A stretch of DNA of 64,000 nt from an uncultured Pelagibacteraceae bacterium. Lineage in GTDB: Bacteria > Pseudomonadota > Alphaproteobacteria > Pelagibacterales > Pelagibacteraceae. The stretch is from positions 31,225 to 95,224 of the forward strand of contig CACOVP010000001.1 of assembly GCA_902630665.1 (NCBI GenBank), given 5' to 3'. Each line of letters begins with the position of its first letter. The stretch's first letter is position 1. A program made the position numbers and the translations under genes. This document shows positions 56,661 to 64,000 of the stretch, one piece after another. The notes under the pieces were generated by a model. The model did not search any database. It worked only from the letters and a program-made list of their open reading frames with translations, and was not told where the DNA came from.

Positions 56661-57278
56661 ATGTTAGAGCAAGTAATTATCTCAATACAAATTATCCTCA
56701 TAGATATAGTTATGGCTGCGGACAACGCGATCATAATAGGTTTAATCGCTGCAGGGTTCGCAACAGAAAATAGAAGAAAAATTATAGCATGGGGTGTTGC
56801 TGCTGCATTCTTGTTCAGAATTGTTTTTGCTTCCGGAGCAAATTATTTATTTGAATTTGCTTGGATTAAAATCCTTGGCGGTGTTTTGCTTCTATGGGTT
56901 ATTAACAATTTAAGACAAGACTTTTTTGGAAAAAATAAAATTAAAACACCACAACTTAAGTCCTCTGAAACTAAAAGTTTTAGCATGGGAGTTTATCAAG
57001 TCTTAATTGCAGATCTTACATTAAGTTTTGATAATACTATTGCTGTTGTTGCAGCTTCTAAGGGTAATTTTCATTTAATGGTGATAGGTTTGCTATTATC
57101 AGTGTTTTTAATAGCTACCCTTGCAAGTTTTTTTGCTGAATATATTAAAAAGCATATATGGCTTGGATATTTAGGTTTATTTGTAATTTTAGTAATTTCA
57201 ATTCAATTAATAATTGGCGGACTTGTAAGTTATGAAGTTCTCTCAATTAACGAAAAATATAAATTTTTGTTCTTATAA
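56661..57278 (+). CDS. TerC/YjbE-family membrane protein (second paralog)
   Basis: IDIVMAADNA and ADLTLSFDN motifs. Confidence 0.88.
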   Translation: MLEQVIISIQIILIDIVMAADNAIIIGLIAAGFATENRRKIIAWGVAAAFLFRIVFASGANYLFEFAWIKILGGVLLLWVINNLRQDFFGKNKIKTPQLKSSETKSFSMGVYQVLIADLTLSFDNTIAVVAASKGNFHLMVIGLLLSVFLIATLASFFAEYIKKHIWLGYLGLFVILVISIQLIIGGLVSYEVLSINEKYKFLFL

Positions 57279-58240
57279 TGTTAGACTTTTGTGTTATAGG
57301 GTCAGGTGTATCTGGCTCTACAATAGCTTACCTTCTTTCAAATAAGTACTCTGTGCATATTCTTGATAAAGCAAGAGGTCCGGGTGGACGTGCGTCGAAT
57401 AAAAGATTTAAACAAAATTTAAGCTTTGACCATGGGGTTCAATATATTTCTCCAAAATCAAAAGAATTTTTAAAGTTTATAAAAACTCTTTGTAAAAAAA
57501 AAGAAGCAAAAATTTGGAATGGAAATCATTTAGATTTTACCTTTGAAAAAAAAGAAGTTTCAGAAAAATTTATTGGAGTAAAAGGCAATAATTTTATTTC
57601 TAAATATTATACAAAAAAAATTAAAATAAGTTTTCAATCTACAGTCAAGACAATCTTAAATAATAAATACTTTTGGGAAATAAAACTAGATAATGGTGAA
57701 AATATTCAAGCTAAGTCGATAATTTTAACCTGCCCCTTTCCCCAATTAAAGAAAATTGCAAGTAATTATCTTGAAAAAAAAATATCAAATTTAAAGATTA
57801 ACATGGAGCCAAATATAACAGTGATGCTAGCTTTTAAAAATCAAAAGACTGTGCCAGTAAGTAGTATTAAATTTAATGATGATATTTTAACTTGGGCAGC
57901 TTTAGAAAATAGTAAAAAAAGATTTAAATCTTCAAATTCACTTTGGACACTACAGTCATCGATTGGGTGGGCAAGAAAAAATATAAATAATTATAAAAAT
58001 AATAAGAAAGTAGAGAATACTTTAGTATCAAAATTTTTAAATTTTACAGGGTACAAAAAAAATAAGATTATTTTCAAAAAAGTACACGGATGGAAATATT
58101 CTTATAATTTCAATGGTTCACCTTTAAAAAGTTATTGGAATAAAAAATTAAGGTTAGGATTGTGCGCTGATTGGTTTATCGGTCCTAAAGTTGAAAATGC
58201 TTGGTTGAGTGCTAATGATTTAGCAAAGAAAATCAAATAA
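57278..58240 (+). CDS. Renalase-like NAD/FAD-dependent oxidoreductase
   Basis: IGSGVSG, DKARGPGGRAS.KR, FDHGVQY, H.W.Y, C.DW..G..VE.AWLS. Confidence 0.85.
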   Translation: MLDFCVIGSGVSGSTIAYLLSNKYSVHILDKARGPGGRASNKRFKQNLSFDHGVQYISPKSKEFLKFIKTLCKKKEAKIWNGNHLDFTFEKKEVSEKFIGVKGNNFISKYYTKKIKISFQSTVKTILNNKYFWEIKLDNGENIQAKSIILTCPFPQLKKIASNYLEKKISNLKINMEPNITVMLAFKNQKTVPVSSIKFNDDILTWAALENSKKRFKSSNSLWTLQSSIGWARKNINNYKNNKKVENTLVSKFLNFTGYKKNKIIFKKVHGWKYSYNFNGSPLKSYWNKKLRLGLCADWFIGPKVENAWLSANDLAKKIK

Positions 58241-59746
58241 TTAAAATATACCTTTACTACTTTTAGATTTATCATTAACCGATGATTTGACCTCTACATT
58301 TAAACCCATTAAATCTTTTGCTTTTAATTTCGGAAGATTTTGCACACACCTTAAAAATCTATCTGACTCTTTTTTTGAAATAATGCCATCAGTTAAACTT
58401 TTAAATTTATTAATATATTCTTTACGTAAAAAGGGTCTTTTGCCAGCTGGATGTGCATCTGCAACCTTAATTTCCTCTGACATCGTAGACCCATCTTTCA
58501 TCGTTATAACTACTTTTCCACCAAAGCATTTATTTTTAGGGTTGGGATCATGATATTTTTCAGTCCACTTTGGATCCTCTTTAGTTGAAATTTTTTGCCA
58601 AAGTTCAACAGTACTTTTTCTTTGCGCTCTTTTAGGAGTGTAGGATTTTATATGGTGCCAAGCACCATCTTCTAGTGCGACTGCAAAAATATACATTATT
58701 GAATGATCTAAAGTTTCTCTACTTGCTTTTGGATCCATTTTTTGAGGATCATTTGCTCCGGTACCAATTACGTAATGAGTGTGGTGACTTGTTTCAATTA
58801 AAATATTTTCAATATCACCAATGTTAGAAATTTTTTTATTTAAGCTTCTAGCTAAATCAATCAAAGCTTGGGATTGATATTCTGCTGAATGCTCTTTGGT
58901 GTAAGTTTCAAGTATCGCTCGCTTAGGCTCATTTACATTTGGTAATGGAACGGAATATTCTTTATCTGGTCCAGACAAAACATAAGCTATGACGCTATCT
59001 TCTCCCTCATAAATTGGTGAGGGAGCACCTTCACCTCTCATACATCTATCGACTGCCTCCACTGCAAGCTTGCCAGCATGTGCTGGTGCAAAAGCTTTCC
59101 AACTAGATATTTCTCCTTTTCGAGATTGTCTTGTTGAAACTGTGATATGTAATGCTTGTTGAATAGATTGATAAATCACATCTGTTTTTAAGTTTAATAA
59201 ACTTCCTAAACCAGCTGCAACACTTGGACCTAGATGAGCTATATGATCAATTTTATGTTCGTGTAAGCAAATGCCTTTTACTAAGTTTACTTGCACCTCA
59301 TAACCTGTAAGTATTCCTCTTATTAAATCTTTACCATTACATCCTTTTTGTTGTGCAACTGCTAAGATTGCAGGAATATTATCGCCTGGATGACTGTAAT
59401 CCGCTGCTAAAAAAGTATCATGATAATCTAATTCTCTCACAGCTGTTCCATTTGCCCATGCAGCCCACTCACAATCTACTTTAATTTTTGGATTTAAACC
59501 AAAAACTGTAGCACCTTTTTTTCTAGAATGTGCTAGAGCCATTGCTCTTGCTGATGTAACTGGTGATCTATTAAAAGAGGCAATAGCTACTGATGCATTA
59601 TCAATAATTCTATTAATTACCATATCAACTGCATCTTTATCTAATTTCGCTTTATCTGATGCAATCTCAGCAATTTTCCAAGCTAATTGATCTTCTTTTT
59701 TTAGATTTGATTTTGACGGATGAACTTTTACTTTTATATCTCTCAT
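58241..59746 (-). CDS. prpD: 2-methylcitrate dehydratase (MmgE/PrpD family)
   Basis: [37 protein letters not shown]. Confidence 0.88.
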   Translation of the reverse strand: MRDIKVKVHPSKSNLKKEDQLAWKIAEIASDKAKLDKDAVDMVINRIIDNASVAIASFNRSPVTSARAMALAHSRKKGATVFGLNPKIKVDCEWAAWANGTAVRELDYHDTFLAADYSHPGDNIPAILAVAQQKGCNGKDLIRGILTGYEVQVNLVKGICLHEHKIDHIAHLGPSVAAGLGSLLNLKTDVIYQSIQQALHITVSTRQSRKGEISSWKAFAPAHAGKLAVEAVDRCMRGEGAPSPIYEGEDSVIAYVLSGPDKEYSVPLPNVNEPKRAILETYTKEHSAEYQSQALIDLARSLNKKISNIGDIENILIETSHHTHYVIGTGANDPQKMDPKASRETLDHSIMYIFAVALEDGAWHHIKSYTPKRAQRKSTVELWQKISTKEDPKWTEKYHDPNPKNKCFGGKVVITMKDGSTMSEEIKVADAHPAGKRPFLRKEYINKFKSLTDGIISKKESDRFLRCVQNLPKLKAKDLMGLNVEVKSSVNDKSKSSKGIF

Positions 59747-62422
59747 TTAATTAGCAAGCATATTTCTTAAAACATACTGTAAAATTCCTCCGTTTTTGTA
59801 ATACTCCACTTCATTAGCAGTATCAATTCTACAAAGCATTGGAATTTTTTTGCTAGTTCCGTCTTGATATTTTATTTCACAAGTCACCTCTTGTCTCGGC
59901 TTTACACCTTTTTCAATATTTACAACTGAAACTAACTCTGCTCCTGTAATTTTCAATTTTTTTCGATCAAAACCCTCTTTAAACTGTAAGGGCAAAACAC
60001 CCATTCCAATTAAATTGGATCTATGAATTCTCTCAAAGCTTTCCGCTAAAACAGCTTTAATTCCTAGAAGTTTAGTTCCTTTTGCTGCCCAGTCCCTAGA
60101 CGAACCTGTTCCATATTCTTTGCCGGCAATTACAACTAAATCATTTTTTCTTTTTTTGTACTCCATCGCAGCTTCGTAAACACTCATTACTTTTCCGTCT
60201 GGCTGCAAAGTTGTAAATCCACCTTCAGTACCAGGAGCCATTTCATTTCTAATTTTTATATTTCCAAAAGTTCCTCTCATCATTACTTCATGATTTCCTC
60301 TTCTCGCGCCATAGGAATTAAAATCCTTTTGTTGTATTTGATGCCTCATAAAATAATCGCCAGTTGGGCTTTCTTTTTTAATACTTCCTGCTGGTGAAAT
60401 ATGATCCGTAGTTACTGTGTCTGCTAATAATAAAAGAATTCTTGCGTCATTGATCGGTTTAAAACCCTCTGGTTGATCAGGTAAATCATCAAAAAATGGT
60501 GGTCTTTTTACATATGTAGAATTAGCTTCCCAGTTATAAATATCACTATCTGTTGTGTTGATAGCTTGCCATTCTTTAGGTCCTTTTGATACATTTGAAT
60601 ATCTTTGCTTAAACATATCTGCGTTTAAGGAACTTAACATCAAATCTTCAATTTCTTTATTACTTGGCCAAATATCTTTTAAGAAAACATCTTTGCCATT
60701 TTTATCTTTACCAAGTGGTGACTTGTACATATCAAAATTCATATTACCTGCCAGGGCATAGGCAACTACAAGTGGAGGTGAGGCTAAGTAATTAGCTTTT
60801 ACATCTGGATTAATTCTCCCTTCAAAGTTCCTGTTTCCAGATAAAACTGAAACAGCGTAAAGATCATTTTTATTTATTGCATCTGATATATTTTGATTTA
60901 AAGGTCCAGAGTTGCCAATACAAGTCGTACAGCCATAACCAACTAAATTAAAACCAAGTTCGTCTAAATATTTATTTAAACCTGCTTTTTCTAAATAGTC
61001 AGTTACAACTTGTGATCCTGGTGCAAGTGAAGTTTTTACCCAAGGTTTAATTTTTAGTCCTTTTTCATGTGCTTTTTTCGCTAAAAGACCTGCACCAATC
61101 ATTACGCTTGGATTTGAGGTGTTTGTGCAAGATGTTATCGCAGCAATTACAATATCACCATCTTTTATATTAAAGTCAGTGCCTTCAACTTTAGACTCAA
61201 TAGCCTTATCTCTTTTTGCATTTTCTTTATAAACTTTTGCAAATGCAGTTGAAGCCTCAGTAAGTAAAACTTTATCCTGAGGTCGTTTAGGTCCAGAAAT
61301 GCTTGTTACTACACTGCTAACATCTAATGAGAGAGTATCCGTAAACACAACATCATTGCTTGCCCAAAGACCTTGCTCTTTTGAATATTTCTCGACTAAA
61401 GCTATTGTTTCTTGATCTCTTCCAGATAATTTTAAATATTTTAGAGTTTCATCATCAATTGGAAAGAAACCACATGTAGCTCCATATTCAGGAGCCATAT
61501 TTGCAATTGTTGCTCTATCAGCTAAGGTTAAATTTTTTAAACCCTCACCATAAAACTCTACAAATTTCCCAACTACACCTTTTTTTCTTAGCTTTTCAAC
61601 AATAATTAAAACTAAGTCTGTAGCAGTTGTTCCTTCTTTTAATTTTCCTTTTAGCTCTACGCCAATGACTTCTGGAATTAACATTGAAATAGGCTGGCCT
61701 AACATTGCTGCCTCGGCCTCTATTCCTCCAACACCCCAACCTAAGACTGATAAACCATTCACCATTGTTGTATGACTATCAGTTCCAACTAGAGTATCTG
61801 GATAAGCGTATAAATCATTTCCGCTTTTTGATGACCAAACAACTTTAGACAAATATTCTAAATTTACTTGATGACAAATTCCTGTACCGGGAGGAACAAC
61901 TCTAAAATTGTCAAATGCTTTTTGTCCCCATTTTAAAAAGGAGTATCGTTCACCATTTCTTGAAAATTCTCTCTCAACATTTTGATTGAATGATTTTCCT
62001 GATGCATACTCGTCGACCATCACAGAATGATCTATAACTAAATCAACAGTGGATAATGGATTAATTTTATCTGGATTTTTATTTTTATCTTTTACTGCAT
62101 CTCTCATAGCTGCTAGGTCAGCGATTGCAGGAATTCCTGTATAATCTTGTAATAAAGTACGTGCTGGTCTGTAAGCTATCTCAGTATTAGACTTTTTATT
62201 TTTTAACCATTCTTTAATTGCTAAAATTTGTTTTTTATCGATGGTTAAATTATCTTCGTATCTTAGTAAATTTTCTAATAAAACTTTAAGAGACTTTGGT
62301 AGTTTTGAAATTCCGTCTAAACCATTCTTTTCGGCTTTTTTTAAATTGAAGATTTTATAATCTTTACCTGATGATGAAATATTATCTAATGAATTAAAGG
62401 AATTTTTACTATTAAATTTCAT
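59747..62422 (-). CDS. acnA: Aconitate hydratase A
   Basis: IDHSV, GICHQVNLE, GTDSHT, ITSCTNTSN, GYGCTTCIGNSG, GTGSSRDWAAKG. Confidence 0.96.
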   Translation of the reverse strand: MKFNSKNSFNSLDNISSSGKDYKIFNLKKAEKNGLDGISKLPKSLKVLLENLLRYEDNLTIDKKQILAIKEWLKNKKSNTEIAYRPARTLLQDYTGIPAIADLAAMRDAVKDKNKNPDKINPLSTVDLVIDHSVMVDEYASGKSFNQNVEREFSRNGERYSFLKWGQKAFDNFRVVPPGTGICHQVNLEYLSKVVWSSKSGNDLYAYPDTLVGTDSHTTMVNGLSVLGWGVGGIEAEAAMLGQPISMLIPEVIGVELKGKLKEGTTATDLVLIIVEKLRKKGVVGKFVEFYGEGLKNLTLADRATIANMAPEYGATCGFFPIDDETLKYLKLSGRDQETIALVEKYSKEQGLWASNDVVFTDTLSLDVSSVVTSISGPKRPQDKVLLTEASTAFAKVYKENAKRDKAIESKVEGTDFNIKDGDIVIAAITSCTNTSNPSVMIGAGLLAKKAHEKGLKIKPWVKTSLAPGSQVVTDYLEKAGLNKYLDELGFNLVGYGCTTCIGNSGPLNQNISDAINKNDLYAVSVLSGNRNFEGRINPDVKANYLASPPLVVAYALAGNMNFDMYKSPLGKDKNGKDVFLKDIWPSNKEIEDLMLSSLNADMFKQRYSNVSKGPKEWQAINTTDSDIYNWEANSTYVKRPPFFDDLPDQPEGFKPINDARILLLLADTVTTDHISPAGSIKKESPTGDYFMRHQIQQKDFNSYGARRGNHEVMMRGTFGNIKIRNEMAPGTEGGFTTLQPDGKVMSVYEAAMEYKKRKNDLVVIAGKEYGTGSSRDWAAKGTKLLGIKAVLAESFERIHRSNLIGMGVLPLQFKEGFDRKKLKITGAELVSVVNIEKGVKPRQEVTCEIKYQDGTSKKIPMLCRIDTANEVEYYKNGGILQYVLRNMLAN

Positions 62423-62425
62423 GCG

Positions 62426-63013
62426 CTATACATAGAACAAAAACACACAAACGATAAGTAAAAAAGACATTGTGTAATTAAAATTCTTAATAAATTTATC
62501 ACTTGTGGCGAATTTTCTCATATATTTACCCATTAGACACCAAGCTGTTTGGCTTCCAACAGCCATCAAAAACCATACAAATGTTAAAACAATCGAGTCC
62601 CTTAAGTAATTATTTTGCGTATCAATAAATAAAGAAATTGATGTTAAGCCAACTATAATGCTTTTAGGATTTACGAATTGAAACCAAAAAGTATTTAAAA
62701 AAGTTACTGGCTTTGGATCAATTTTTTTATCTTTAGTTTGTCCTGCAAAAGATAATTTGTATGCCATATATAATAAGTAGATTGATCCTAATATTTTTAT
62801 TGTAGTTTGTATAAATGCATACTTTTGAAAAATAGCTCCAGATGTAAGTTGCAAAAGAATAATTAAAAGCGTCCATCCGATAATCACTCCAAGCATAGTG
62901 GGAATGGCTTTTCTAAAACCAAAATTAAAAGCTGTATAAGACGTCATAATATTATTTGGCCCAGGAGAAAAAGCTGTAGCTATGCCAAATAAAATTAGGG
63001 GTAAAAGTTGCAT
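62426..63013 (-). CDS. LysE-family translocator
   Basis: SPGPNN, G..YLLYMA, FQFVNPK. Confidence 0.9.
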   Translation of the reverse strand: MQLLPLILFGIATAFSPGPNNIMTSYTAFNFGFRKAIPTMLGVIIGWTLLIILLQLTSGAIFQKYAFIQTTIKILGSIYLLYMAYKLSFAGQTKDKKIDPKPVTFLNTFWFQFVNPKSIIVGLTSISLFIDTQNNYLRDSIVLTFVWFLMAVGSQTAWCLMGKYMRKFATSDKFIKNFNYTMSFLLIVCVFLFYV

Positions 63014-63019
63014 TTAAAT

Positions 63020-63460
63020 TTAATGTGGTGCTCTAAATCTACTATGACAAGCTGAACAATTACTCCACATTAGTTCTTTTTGAACTGCTCTAAGATCTTC
63101 TGTATTATCTATTGCTTTAGCTAGCTTTAACATATCATCTGAAGCTTTTTGCATTAAAGTATTGAACTCATCTTTATTTTCCCAAATACTAGGTAGCGCT
63201 TCTGTTTTAAATCCCTCTTTTGTATTTTCAGGAAAATAATCTAAAAGTTTTTTGTAATTATCTGAAATTTTTTTCATTAAAGGCTTTGCTTCTTCAATTT
63301 TTTTAGATTTCAATAAAATAGATATTTTTTTGGCATTTTGGTAGTTTTCACTAAACATTGCTTTTCTACCTTTTATTATTTCTTCAGCAGACTGAGTGGC
63401 ATATAATTGCTGTGAAATTAAAATTAATGTTGCGACAACTAACGTTTTGATTTTAAACAT
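63020..63460 (-). CDS. Cytochrome c' (class II)
   Basis: Signal peptide; R...F, FP, ALP.IWEN..EF, C-terminal CSACH..FR. Confidence 0.88.
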   Translation of the reverse strand: MFKIKTLVVATLILISQQLYATQSAEEIIKGRKAMFSENYQNAKKISILLKSKKIEEAKPLMKKISDNYKKLLDYFPENTKEGFKTEALPSIWENKDEFNTLMQKASDDMLKLAKAIDNTEDLRAVQKELMWSNCSACHSRFRAPH

Positions 63461-63479
63461 ATATAATTAATAATTCATT

Positions 63480-64000
63480 ATGCAATTTTTTAACAGTTTT
63501 GACAAATATGGTCTACTAGCTAAATTGTTTCATTGGATTACCTTTATTGTCCTTTTGGCACAAGTTCCTTTTGGTTTTTATTTAGTAGGATTGGAATTTT
63601 CTGATCAGAGAATTGAATTAGAAAATATTCATATATTTATCGGAATTACTGTTTTTTACTTAACTCTATTTAGACTAATTTGGAAATTCTTTAACCCTAG
63701 CCCAACTGAAAAAAAAAGTTTTTTCAAAGGCCAGGTCTTGATTGGAAAGGCTAATCATTTTTTGCTTTATGTAACTATTTTTTCTATAACTATTTCTGGA
63801 ATTCTTAAAAAACTTTATATGGGAGAAACGCTTAATTTCATATTTTTTAAATACGGATTTGAAAAAGATAATTTTATTTTAGCTGATGCTTATTACGAAG
63901 TACATATTTACGCCAATTACTTATTATTAGCACTTGTAACTTTGCATATACTTGCAGTAATTGTTCATCATTTTGTTTTTAAGGATAAAATCTTAAACAA
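63480..64000 (+). CDS. Cytochrome b561-like membrane protein (partial)
   Basis: Not in the ORF track. MQFFNSFDKYGLLAKLFHW...H...G...RL.W...H...LH..A...HH...KD; runs off the window end. Confidence 0.85.
   Translation, partial: MQFFNSFDKYGLLAKLFHWITFIVLLAQVPFGFYLVGLEFSDQRIELENIHIFIGITVFYLTLFRLIWKFFNPSPTEKKSFFKGQVLIGKANHFLLYVTIFSITISGILKKLYMGETLNFIFFKYGFEKDNFILADAYYEVHIYANYLLLALVTLHILAVIVHHFVFKDKILN

Overview
Very AT-rich, tightly packed bacterial chromosome segment. Gene content and streamlining suggest a SAR11/Pelagibacter-like marine alphaproteobacterium (inference). From left to right it contains: the tail of a cell-surface sugar cluster (epimerase, GT2, rfbB/rfbD/rfbC, methyltransferase) ending at a tRNA-Met(CAT); an aminotransferase; an operon of five small uncharacterised proteins; an sxtJ/sxtK/sxtI/sxtL-like carbamoyltransferase module with several SGNH proteins; two TauE exporters; a CADD-type pABA synthase whose upstream region holds two DnaA boxes and three GANTC sites; an MFS transporter and metC; an unannotated 27-aa Arg/Lys-rich peptide; a ~190-nt structured ncRNA (IMES-2-like) behind mnmA; core genes (cysQ, recX, amtB, HU, rseP, LysR, acuI, folE, hisI); a ~14.5-kb light/oxidative-stress block (two unusual photolyases, DUF393, DUF2256, MsrA, TspO, IsdG-like oxygenase, Fe-SOD, and a furan-fatty-acid-type ufaD/ufaO/ufaM/DUF3833 operon); gcvT-H-P under a tandem glycine riboswitch; transporters; prpD, acnA; and a divergent cytochrome c'/cytochrome b pair. 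No transposase, integrase, prophage or CRISPR array was seen. All family calls come from motif recognition by eye, not from database searches.
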